A DNA stretch of 64,000 nucleotides from positions 60,946,001 to 61,010,000 of the forward strand of contig NC_043007.1 in NCBI RefSeq assembly GCF_006345805.1, given 5' to 3'. Within the stretch, counting starts at the first letter, position 1. Every line of letters starts with the position of its first letter. The notes below the pieces were generated by a model. The model saw only the letters and a program-made list of their open reading frames with translations. It ran no database searches and was not told the DNA's origin. Shown in pieces: positions 39,401 through 47,756 of this stretch. Source of the stretch: Octopus sinensis (lineage: Eukaryota). Made by a program: the position numbers and the translations under genes.

Positions 39401-41711
39401 ACTACTCTCAACTGTTTATGGTCAAGCCTGAGGCAATGGAGACTTCCAGTGTTCTCAGCCCCTGGACCATATCCTTACTCACCACTATCAGGGCAGAGAT
39501 GGCTATTTGCAAGTGTGAGACCCCATGAGTCAAAGTGACTGTTCCAGCAAATCTCCCTCACCATCCTCCGGGGCAACACCTTTCCCATTTTGTCTGTTGG
39601 ATCCACAAGGCAGTCTGAATTATAAGAAATCGAAAGAATGTGAGAATTTCATAGCTAATTCTTTTTTTCTATTTCTTCTTTCCTTTTTCTTGTGGTTTCA
39701 TTTAAATATTATTTTTTCTAATAGTAAATATCATTGTTATGTTAAAATAAAAGCAAACTAAATATTAAAAAAAAATTTTAAATAAAAATACCTTTCATTT
39801 TCTCTGTGCTTTTGCATCAGTTTCTGTGAAGGTTTTTGTGCTTGTTGTCTTTGTTTTGAATACTGATATTGGACATAATTTGAATGTGCATGTAGCACAA
39901 CAGGAGACTCAAGGAGTGGGTAATTTCCACGGGGTCTTCGCTTTTTAGAAGACTGAAAAGCATTTTGAATATAAAATATATAAAATTCTTTATATAAATA
40001 GCAATTAGTTTGTTAGAAGTTTTTACATTTCTAATTCAAAATAATTTAATTCTAATTTACTACAATTATTTTTTCAATGAAATAAATACACCAATTTTTT
40101 TTCACACTAAACAAATCAATGAGGAGAGTCTCTACATGGTCACTTAACATGCTAAAAATAACAGCTAAATTCACACACACATATTACCATCTTAAGATAA
40201 AGAAAATGGACATATTGAATAACATGGCCTTGGGTTTCCTACTTATGGGAAAAAATAGGATAGTCACAACTGAAATTTTTTTTATCATAGGTGTACCCAG
40301 AGTTGACTTGCAATGAACCAGTAAGAGATGCTAAATGCAGGTAAACTGTAATGAGATGCTTTGCTCTAAAGTCATTAATATTTTAATCAAAATGAAACTA
40401 AACTTATTGTAAATAATATTTATTTTATCAATTTCACACACATATAAATGTATACAAAATTTAATATTAAACTCTTTTCTTTTCAAAGTATTATCACTCA
40501 TGTATGTATGTATATATATATAGGGTCATCTCATAAATAATGCGGTTTTTTTCAATTGCATGAACTAAAAGTCAGAGGGGAATGGGATAAACTACCTGCA
40601 TCATATTGCTATAAAAACAGGTACTAATTTTATCCCGTCCTTATTCTTAGTGCAATTTTTGAAGAGTGCAGTTCATTTTAACAGTTTCAGCATATTTTGC
40701 TTTATGAGTTCAATAAAGACAACAACAACACAACAGAAAGTACAAGGAATATTAATGCAGTATGTGGGAATTAGACAATAAGTGTAAGCCAGTGTCAATA
40801 GTAGTTCCAGAAATTCCAAGCAGGAAATATAGCCTAGAAGATGAGCGTCTTCCTGGAAGGTCTATAGAGCTCGATGAGGACGTCCGGCAAACCCTGGTGA
40901 AACAAAATCCCATTGTAACTGTTGAGAAACTAGCAGAGAAGCTTGGATTTGGTCATTCAACCAGTCATTCAAATCAGGGGTGGAAGAAAAACGACCATCT
41001 TTGGTTTCAAGACAAAAGGTGTTCTTCCATCAGGATAATGCTCAGCCACATGGAACGAGGATGACATTCGAAAGGCTGGAACAGTTTGAATGGGAAACGA
41101 TGCACTACCCACCATATTCGCAGAACATTGCTCCATCTGATTATCATTTATTCCTCAGTCTTCAAAATCATTTGGACAGTAAAAATATGAATTCTGTAGA
41201 CAAGGTTAGAACAGTACTGGAGGAGTATTTTTCATCATGGACAAGTGATTTTGGAAGAGGGGCCTTAGAAGTCTACCAGTTAGATGGAAGTGCATTGTAG
41301 AAAATGAAGGAGAGTATATTTTAGATTCAAAAAGAATTTTATCTTAATTCTGAAATATAAAACAAGCATAATGGCGGTGCCCCAGCATGGCCACAGCTTG
41401 TGAGTTGAAACTAGATAAAAAATTTTAAAAAATTAAAAACACATTATTTATGGGATGACCTAATATATATAGTTATACAATAATTGAACACATTCTAAAT
41501 CAAGGAATTATTTTACCTTTTTGAAGACATTCTTTTTAAAGTGCCTCAATTGATTGTTAGAAATACCATTAAACCTCTGTTTCTTAGAGTCAATAATTAT
41601 GTCTTGTTCTTCAATGCTGCTAGAACTATTTACATGGATCTCACTGATATATTCTGGAACCTTTTGGTCTTCATGAATGAGATGCGGTTTAGCTTTAAAT
41701 TCATCAAGGCA
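15267..41711 (-). CDS. Multi-exon orphan bHLH transcription factor (11 exons, 467 aa plus unresolved N-terminus)
   Basis: All 11 exons have AG/GT boundaries and matching phases, 1404 nt total with one terminal stop. bHLH: QKHRENERVRHRTLNELMNKLYKQIPGYSEYSKGTK/VVTMQRAICYIVYLEKMINQVCKEL. Confidence 0.88.
17930..18208 (+). mobile_element. CR1-clade LINE 3' end
   Basis: NTRGHAYKVRKQ...RKHFFTLRVAEAWNKLPASVV (TRGH..K...R..FF..RV...WN.LP motif), followed by an (ATT)n tail. Confidence 0.85.
18670..19400 (-). mobile_element. Degenerate Gypsy-type gag/protease remnant
   Basis: FHVTDKITDRLFLVDIRVKVSLL resembles retroviral aspartyl protease (FLVDTGA.VS); heavily decayed. Confidence 0.45.
20450..20920 (-). 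mobile_element. CRE-type non-LTR retrotransposon restriction-like endonuclease remnant
   Basis: Minus strand reads DGKKPHGLTFCPWARGRCLIWDIAVCDSFA...AEWYKILKY...FEMFGVAGP...QLSLTIARGRA with internal stops. Confidence 0.8.
22207..22318 (-). CDS. bHLH gene exon
   Basis: tcacag|AT GAT GAT CAG...TGT GAA AG|gtttga; (D)DDQFESYEWKFHEVANIRRQKMDQASSDKEPFDSCE; phases 1 to 2. Confidence 0.85.
24800..25091 (-). CDS. bHLH gene exon
   Basis: atgcag|ATC TTG GAA...AAA AAA G|gttaga; ILENFKGVQE...KYSLQRQLRSAIVKK; phases 0 to 1. Confidence 0.85.
26256..26324 (-). CDS. bHLH gene exon
   Basis: tatttcag|TTT TTG TTT AAG...AAT ACA|gtaaac; FLFKYHDNIAENFKHQAVEYGNT; phases 0 to 0. Confidence 0.8.
26499..26527 (-). 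CDS. bHLH gene micro-exon (29 nt)
   Basis: aatttag|AA CAA AAA GTT GTA CTT CAT GAT CCT ACG|gtaaga; (E)QKVVLHDPT; phases 1 to 0. Confidence 0.7.
27261..27420 (-). CDS. bHLH gene exon
   Basis: tgtttcaag|GCT TCA GAT...ATT GTA G|gtacct; ASDIESTSNN...FLPNDGLIV; phases 0 to 1. Confidence 0.75.
27470..27700 (-). mobile_element. SINE family A, full-length copy including 3' tail
   Basis: Head to tail on - strand, ending ttgtcccctctatgtttagccccttgtgagtattaaagaaat. Confidence 0.8.
29692..29714 (-). CDS. bHLH gene micro-exon (23 nt)
   Basis: ttttgtttaacag|AG CTA CTT CAC TAT TCC AAG CCA|gtaagg; (E)LLHYSKP. Supplies the phase 1-to-0 bridge the model needs. Confidence 0.65.
30008..31030 (-). mobile_element. 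5'-truncated RTE LINE (post-RT region, 3' UTR, ATG-repeat tail)
   Basis: LEVVDSFHYLGDQ...RIRIAWAKFRKLL...ERRLRWYGHVLRM; same family as 32.1-34.7 kb. Confidence 0.9.
31752..31881 (-). CDS. bHLH gene exon encoding helix 2
   Basis: gattttag|GTA GTG ACG ATG CAA CGT GCC ATT TGT TAT ATT...GAA G|gtattt; VVTMQRAICYIVYLEKMINQVCKELRV...; K..T...AI.YI..L helix-2 pattern. Confidence 0.9.
32095..34737 (-). mobile_element. Young, 5'-truncated RTE-clade LINE
   Basis: Endonuclease tail (QHRLIISDF), one frameshift near 34540, intact RT, CpG-rich 3' UTR, (ATG)n tail. Confidence 0.95.
32228..34492 (-). CDS. RTE reverse-transcriptase ORF (754 aa) with Cys-rich post-RT finger
   Basis: KGKGD...NYRGIKLL, QFGFVPGRSTTDAIF, FVDLEKAFDRV, GVHQGSALSPLLF, LLYADDL; then WPCSIC...CTQCKLWTHKRC...CGRC. 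Confidence 0.9.
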   Translation of the reverse strand: MLSATDRVCGWCKVPSRPRITWWWNSAVDKAICKKRRAWKAWKDGGSRELYQIAKREAGRQVYIAKDVAEKKKFANVQRREDQRAEVFRIARQCVRENSDVIGEKCVRMDDGALAFTASEKKETWRSHYERLLNEENEWEEESLPNVDPVEGPATRIDSSLVDKAIKDMKPGKAPGLSGITAEMLKTAGYVGYTIVTRIVNQVVHNGVIPNDWCSSTIVNCYKGKGDALDRNNYRGIKLLDQVMKVSEKVITHLIRERICLDEMQFGFVPGRSTTDAIFLVRQLQEKYLAKDKPLYIAFVDLEKAFDRVPRSLIWWSMRKLEIEEWLIRAVQALYREAVSKVRIGNEYSEEFRVEVGVHQGSALSPLLFIIVLQAITEEFKTGCPWELLYADDLALIAESLPELEEKFRVWKQGLESKGLRINVAKTKVLVSSKRYSAHTPSGRWPCSICRKGTGRNSIRCTQCKLWTHKRCSNIKGKLTDKIAFMCGRCTGTIDTTDTQKTDSITLQGEKLEVVDSFRYLGDQVSSGGGCTESITTRIRIAWAKFRKLLPLLATKGLSLRAKGRLYDACVRTAMLHGNETWAVTAEDMRRLERNEASMIRWMCSVSVHARQSVSILREMLDIRSIRCGVQERRLRWYGHVLRMDEERCVKKCHSQTVEGIRGRGRPRKTWDEVVKHDLRALGLTEAMAKDRDLWRYAVTAKTRAAFCSNSTYPLPIQSTLDPVADCEQCRTPRPLCRWHVKSTHPIHSRSGWR
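35190..37860 (+). mobile_element. Older degenerate RTE LINE with pyrimidine-rich 3' region
   Basis: GVHQGSVLSPL, CPWELLYADDL, RRLCWFGHVMRM with stops and frameshifts; inverted relative to the 32.1-34.7 kb copy. Confidence 0.88.
37860..38380. mobile_element. Two adjacent, oppositely oriented RTE-tail elements (family C SINE or RTE 3' ends)
   Basis: 37860-38160 (-) and 38225-38380 (+) share ggatgcccttcctaa and ccatgctagcatgg motifs in inverted orientation. Confidence 0.8.
38866..38950 (-). CDS. bHLH gene exon encoding end of basic region, helix 1 and loop
   Basis: Long pyrimidine tract tttctag|A GTT CGT CAC CGT...ACT AAG|gttttg; (R)VRHRTLNELMNKLYKQIPGYSEYSKGTK; phases 2 to 0. Confidence 0.9.
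39159..39206 (-). ncRNA. Decayed minimal hammerhead-like motif
   Basis: TTAGTTG-CTGATGA-AGTCTC...GGAGT-GAAAC-TA-GAC-TGGCTAA. Stem I pairs with 3 G-U, but stem II is mismatched and the triplet is GAC. Confidence 0.45.
39792..39952 (-). CDS. bHLH gene exon ending in the basic region
   Basis: cttttcag|TCT TCT AAA AAG CGA AGA...GAA AAT GAA AG|gtattt; SSKKRRPRG...MQKHRENE; phases 0 to 2; KKRRPR is NLS-like. Confidence 0.88.
40519..41465 (+). mobile_element. Internally deleted mariner transposon
   Basis: TIRs tagggtcatctcataaataatgcgg / cacattatttatgggatgaccta; remnants SLEDERLPGR..., FHQDNAQPH, HYPPYSQNIAPSDYHLF. Confidence 0.9.
41517..41711 (-). CDS. bHLH gene, most 5' confidently placed coding exon
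   Basis: tttcatttcag|TGC CTT GAT GAA...TTC AAA AAG|gtaaaa; CLDEFKAKPH...KKNVFKK; phases 0 to 0. Confidence 0.8.
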
Positions 41712-43459
41712 CTGAAATGAAACTGAGGAAAAACTAATATCTGAAATGAGAAACATTTACAATTATAAGAGCTTGACATAATATACAAATTAGTATGAAA
41801 ATAATGAAGTTAAATTTAAAGGGAGTAAAAAATGGCTCATAAAACAATTAAAGTATATTTTTCTGCTATTGACCCAACTGGTTATGTTGCCTTGAGACAC
41901 AGGACTAAGGACTCAATCTCACAGATCACAAGGTACTCTCCCAGAGTACACTCAGTAATACGGTTGAACTGGAAAAGTACAAACAAAAGTGGTTCTCTAA
42001 GCTATCTAGGGGATAGTGACTCCAAATAAGAACTGACTCGAACAATAATGACTTGTCCAACCAATACTAGCATGGAAAGTAGGCGTAACATGACCATAGT
42101 GATAATTAAAAATATTTGTTAGTCTTGTTGTAGATTGAAACTCAGAGATATATATTCCAAGTTTTCTGCAGTACAGTGCAGGTACTGTTACTGCAGTTTC
42201 AAATTTCTTGAATTCTCAACAGAATTTGTTTAACTCCATTAGTTGTGATGATGTAAAGATAAAGTTGTTGACTTTACAGAAAATGCTTTTACCTCCCACA
42301 AGGATGTGTGCTAATTTGTTTACCAGTGTTACTTTGATGACATAATATATAAAGCCAGGGTATTCTTGGACTACAAACTGCCATTTTCACTGGCAACTTT
42401 CCATTAGTAATTCCTTGGCATTTACTTTTGCTGATATTCCCCCCCTACATCTTGATTTTCGTTTGTCGAGGACCATTAGTTTCTATCAACAATTCTTTAT
42501 TAATTTCAGGAATTTGTTGACCCATAAACTAAAAGGACTTTGATTTGGTGTAAATACACATGATAAGCCTAGTTGTGGTTGAGCATTGGTCAAAAGTTCA
42601 TTACATGAACGTTTCCATTATCATTATACATTCATTTTTTATACAGGCATGAACTGGACAGATTGTTACTGCTCTTACGTGTATGAGAGGACATCGCTCG
42701 TGTGAGTCTCAGTTTTGACGTAACTTCTATGGCTGGATGCCCTTCCTAACACCAACTACTTTACAGTATACAGTGTGCTTTTTTTTATGTGTGACACCAG
42801 GGCTGGAGAGATTGTCATGTCTTCAAGAAGACTAAAGGTCTTCTCAAACTGGCACTTAGAGTTCACTTGGAACATGTTATTCTAACATCAAAGAAGAAAG
42901 GGTTAAGAAAGCAATGGATACCATGAATTGGATAGTGAAATTAAACTTAAAATTACTATTGCTATAACAGTCTTTATTTTGAAATTCTTATTGCTAACCT
43001 ATTAACTATAGATATCATTCATGAGTAAAACTGAAAGAAGTAAAAATTTGGGAAACTGAACTGAAAACTAAAGTTTGCAAAGTTGAAAGCAGCATATTAT
43101 ACTCCAAAATTGTCAAAGTCAGTACAAAGTTTTTTTTCAAAATTAAGTATACTAAAATACAATGAAAGTAACTTATTGTGATCACTCTGGACAGCCTTTT
43201 AGATAACAATATCCAGTTGACACTGCTTTTAGGACTCAACTCACTAATTTTGCTAATAACTTTCTCACAATATTAACCATAATTGTAATAAGCAACTTCT
43301 ACTGTATATTTGCATTAACAGGTAATTTTGCCGCAGAATGAATGTCTGGAGAATGTATACAAAATTCCTGGCAGCAAATCACTGACTTCTGGAATGCTGA
43401 AAATAATGACTGTCTTTAGAAGATTCTAACTTCAGATATGAAATAGAAGTAGGGCTTGT

Positions 43460-43940
43460 ATAATAAACATTATCAATGACATATACTCAATATATAAGCT
43501 TCATGTATTTGCCAGTAGTTTGTAATTTGGTATGGTGGAGAATGCTCTCTCAAAGTGGTGTATGTTAAAACACCTGAAAATTTACATGAGATAACTTACC
43601 TCTAATCCCATCCAGGAGTGATGGACATTGATATTTCACCATTTTTGTGGCTTATCAACATCACATACTCAAACAGGATCAGAGAGGAATCATATTGCCA
43701 GTAGCGTGCTGTGTGGGTAAGCCCAAACACTGCAGCACTAGTGTAATAAGCATTATCAACCACATATATTTCATGTATATGCTTCATGTATTTGCAATTT
43801 GGTGTGGTATTTCATGTATTACGATTTGGCATGGCGAAGAAGACTCTCTCAAAGTGCCAGATGAAAGTCATGGACAGGCAAGACACCTTACCTTTAATCC
43901 CATCCAAGAGTGGATGATAGAGAGAGACTGATATTTGAAT
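43460..43940. repeat. Diverged tandem duplication (~283-bp period)
   Basis: aataa(a/g)cattatcaa...gcttcatgtatttgc...ctctctcaaagtg...cttacct(c/t)taatcccatcca occurs twice. Confidence 0.75.
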
Positions 43941-44134
43941 AGCATAAAACATTACTCAGTCATACTTTCTACAAAGAGTAAAAAGAGCTTAGCATTTACC
44001 ACACAAAATATACTAAGAAGCTGTAAAGCTTATGCCTTTATCAAAGATAGATAAAGGATAATTGTAGTGAAATATCTGCTCCAAGAGTTAAAACCAAATT
44101 ATGGAACCAACTTTCACTAAGAAAGCGAAAATGT

Positions 44135-44170
44135 CTTTAACGTTTCGAGCCTACGCTCTTCCACAGAAAG
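44135..44170 (-). ncRNA. Minimal hammerhead motif with variant core (CUGUGGA)
   Basis: CTTT-CTGTGGA-A-GAGC-GTAG-GCTC-GAAAC-GTT-AAAG. Stems I and II are perfect, with a loopless palindromic AACGTT stem III. Confidence 0.7.
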
Positions 44171-44960
44171 GAACACAGAAAGAAACAAGGAGAGAAAATA
44201 AAGAAGGTGTAGTGGCTAGCGATCTATCATGGCGAATGCTGAACAGAAGGGTCACACAGGAGAGCTAGGAAGAAGGGGAGATAATAAAGTAGTAGTGATC
44301 CCAAAACGAAGGTGTGCATCCATGTGTATAAGAGAGTAGTATGTGCATGTGGAAGAGGGCTAGTGACCTTGACATGTGCGTGTGTGTATGTGTAAATGTG
44401 AGGTTGGGAAGTGGTCAGTGCTAGTGTGTGCATCGTGGTGTGATGTGTTGTATATGGTGGTGTATGGTGTAGTGGTGTGATGGTGTTGGGAGGTGGGAGA
44501 AACAAGAAAGGGGAAAGCAAGGGTGGGGTGTGGGTTAGGCTGAGGGTGGGGGTAGAGATGGGGTATGTGGGTAGGCAGAGGTGAGGTATGTGGGAGGGGG
44601 AGTAAGGGATGGGAAGGACAGGGAAGATGGAGTTGGAATGTATAGGGGTGGGGTTATGGGGGAGGGGTGACAATGAAGGGGAAGGTGAGTAGGAGTGAAG
44701 AGAAGAGAGGTGGGTGGGAGGAAGCAGGTGTAAAGGGGAGGGAGGAAAGTTGAGCCCATGTGGCGCAAAGGAGTGAAGAGAGATTATCCCTGTTTACAGC
44801 ACAAATAGGAGTACGGATGGCCCCTGAGCAAGGACAATCTGAACACAAACAGGGGTATCTAAAAGATACCACCATGCTAGATATAGCAGCCAAAACTTGA
44901 CTCTAAAATCACATTAAATGTTCATACAGCACCAGGAGAGAAGACAAAGAGATAAACTAG
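44135..44960 (-). mobile_element. Penelope-like element 3' remnant (GIY-YIG C-terminus, low-complexity tract, HHR)
   Basis: ...ISLHSFAPHGLN (L.T..P.GLN-type end) near 44750-44790, a long pyrimidine-rich minus-strand tract, then an HHR motif. Confidence 0.65.
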
Positions 44961-44978
44961 CAAAAAATTATTGGATAA

Positions 44979-45035
44979 ATCCAGATCCCAGATTTCTGGC
45001 TTTGCATAAGAAAGGCTTTGCCTCATCAGTGGAAT
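44979..45035 (-). ncRNA. Hammerhead-like motif with one extra A before GAAA
   Basis: TTCCA-CTGATGA-GGC...GCC-A-GAAA-TC-TGG-GA-TC-TGGA; AUC triplet, 3-bp stem III. Confidence 0.55.
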
Positions 45036-45100
45036 ACACACAAAATAGTATATAAATACATAAATATTTGTATTTATGTACTAGTTTGTGTGTATTCCAC
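45029..45100. repeat. 72-bp foldback adjoining the HHR
   Basis: gtggaatacacacaaa (45029-45044) / tttgtgtgtattccac (45085-45100), with inner ataaataca / tgtatttat. Confidence 0.9.
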
Positions 45101-45104
45101 TTTC

Positions 45105-45770
45105 CTATAGATCGAGTAGGGCCATCTACCTGAAGGGGATTGTGGTTTGACAGCTTTCCTACTTACTAAGACTTTGGTTTTTGCTAGGTTCACCCTAAGG
45201 CCCTTCGATTCCAAACCTCACTTCCACACCCTAAACTTCGTCTCTAGTTCTGGCAGTGACTTGGCTATTAGGGCAAGGTCATCAGCATAGAGGAGCTCCT
45301 AGGGGCAGCCTGTCTTGAATTCCTGTTATTGCCTGGAGGACTATAATGAATAAGAGGGGGCTGAGGACTGATCCTTGGTGAACTCCTACTTCTACTCAGA
45401 ATTCTTCACTATACTCATTGCCAACCCTCACCTTACTGATGGCATCCCTGTACAGGGCTTGTACAGCTCTTACCAATCACTTGTCTATCCCCAGTTTTCA
45501 CACTGACCACTAGATAAGGGATTGAGGGACCCTGTCAAAGACTTTCTCCAAGTCAACAAAGTACAGAGGTTTATCTTTGGCTAGATATTTCTCCTGCAGT
45601 TGCCTTACCAGAAATATAACATCAATAATGCTTCTGCCTGACACAAAACCAAACTGCATCTCGTCTAGGCTAATTCCCTCCCTAATTAGTTGAGCTATAA
45701 CCCTCTCTGTAACTTTCATCACCTGATCCAATAATTTGATACCCCTATAGTTATATCTATCTATATGCAT
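45105..45770 (-). mobile_element. RTE RT fragment
   Basis: NYRGIKLLDQVMKV...QFGFVSGRS...DLEKVFDRVP. Confidence 0.9.
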
Positions 45771-46079
45771 AAACAATTTAAAGAAAGACCGTCTGGTGCA
45801 TATAATCTTAAAATGTTAAAATAAGGAAATTGCACAATAATTTGATATAACATAATTAAATGCTTGAGTAAATAATAAAAATAAACCTCGGCGAAGCTTC
45901 AGCTTAAATTTGTAAAACAGTCGAAGGCTTTCTTAAATGTGAAGTCAAAATATGCACTAGCATTGTAAAGCAAAGTAACTATAACGTGTAAAATCAAATT
46001 CAAATGTGACAGTCAAAGTTTTCCGAGTGTCAAAACATTTTACCCATACAGCATTTTATCCGTTGACATTTTTCAGCTG

Positions 46080-46940
46080 GCTACAGCCGGGTTAGTATCA
46101 AAAGGGTTAATGCATTATTGTAATATGGCATGGCATTTTGAAATGCTGTCTCATCTGAAGAAGTAGAGGATATTCGCCTTCCTACATTGCTAACTAGGTT
46201 CTTAAGAATTACGGATGGATGATTAGATTCTTTGCTAATATAACATAGCTTTTCATTGGGCTTACAGTAGGATTTAAATTTATCTAATAGCAAATCTAAG
46301 TTGATATCTAAAAAATCTACGTTATTAAGGTTACTTTCTATTGTAAGCCATAAGCCCATTCTTTGGAAGAAAGTAATCAAATTCTTCCTAAGGTTATTTA
46401 AATCATGGGTGACTATAAGACTGTCATCCCTGTATAATCCTGCATTTATAAAGGGAATTCTAGATGCAGATTATGCAAAATATAAGTTCCTATAAGCATA
46501 CACAACTCTGCCCCATCATATGCCCCCATTGGTACATTGAAATGAGAATCCTCACTCTTTTTGACCCAGGTGGAATCATCATAAAAAAGAAGGGATTTCT
46601 TTGCATGCAGGTTAATATCTATTTCTGAATGCTTTTAGAAGCAAAGGCCTAGATATTGATGGGTAAAAATTGACAATATCAAACTGCATAAATTTGCAGT
46701 TATGCTTATGTCTAATCCCTTTGAACCAGATTTTTTGAAATCTGAAATAGGTGGTGGATTTTTGGAAGATTTAAGTCCATATTTGCTTCCATTAGATTTC
46801 TGCTTTGAATCAAAAAGAACGCTTTCCATATCATTCATCAAATAAACTCTTCCATTTTTTTCAATAAGTTTCTTGAGGTATTGCTTCTGTGCTGTGATGG
46901 GTGTATTTTTTACAGAAAAATCCAATGGGTAAAGTTCCAT
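46080..46940 (-). mobile_element. Penelope-like element, internally deleted (N-terminus, RT core, thumb)
   Basis: [19 protein letters not shown] (YRDD at 46423-46434), FLDINLDL...KPNEKLCYISKESNHP. Confidence 0.88.
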
Positions 46941-47039
46941 TTATTTCAGCTGTTTCTTCCTACTTGTGGAGAGTCGCTCAAACTTTCTAAAAAAGGATCG
47001 GGTTACACCAAATTAAGCACATAAATGCAAAACAAGGTG

Positions 47040-47750
47040 GAAAAAATAGCACTCGAATACCAGAGGTAAACGGAGGAGTTTATTTAAAGAATGAGATGGA
47101 AAGCCTTCTTCTTTGATACAAAGCAGAAATCTAATGGAAACAAATACGGACTTAAATCTTCCAAAAACCCACCATCTATTTCGGAATTGGAAGCCTTTGA
47201 AAAAGACCTTTTTGGGCTTATTAGAAAAATTAAATTCTGCAAATTCAACAACCAACTCCAGAGAGATATGAAGGAAAAAATTAGAGACATAAAGAACTTG
47301 GATAAGACCTTCATAAACTCTGACAAAACAAAAGACTTTTCAATGTAGCCATAATTTCTATAGAATATTTAATAGGAGAACACCGAATATTATCTACCCT
47401 TTTTGCAAAAACTTCGCCTCTTTTATTAACCAGTATACACAAAAATTATTACAAACAACTACAGTGCCGAATCTAATCTGAGAAAGTGCAACTACAAAGA
47501 TAAGACTTGTCCGTTGGAAGGTAAATGTCATGAAAAAAGAATTGTTTATAGAGCTAAAGTGCAGGTAGACGGCTCACAAGAATATAAAACGTACACAGGG
47601 GCTTTGGAAAATTCATTACAGACTCAATTCTATTCCCATGGTTTCTGTTTTATTATTACTTATATTCCACCAATGGATGGCACTTCAATGTTTAATGGGA
47701 GAAAAATACTGAGAAAAGGAAAATATATATGAGGATGTGTTGTTTATACC
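47040..47750 (+). mobile_element. Penelope-like element, internally deleted (N-terminus fused to GIY-YIG)
   Basis: MRWKAFFF...YGLKSSKNPP.I.EL.AFEKDL...SDKT; then CPLEGKCHEKRIVYRAKV...KTYTGALE. Confidence 0.85.
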
Positions 47751-47756
47751 CATGAA

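Noticed and set aside
42130-42540. Possible hAT (TTF-finger) or P-element transposase remnant
   Set aside because: Only vague motif resemblance and multiple stops; not supportable.
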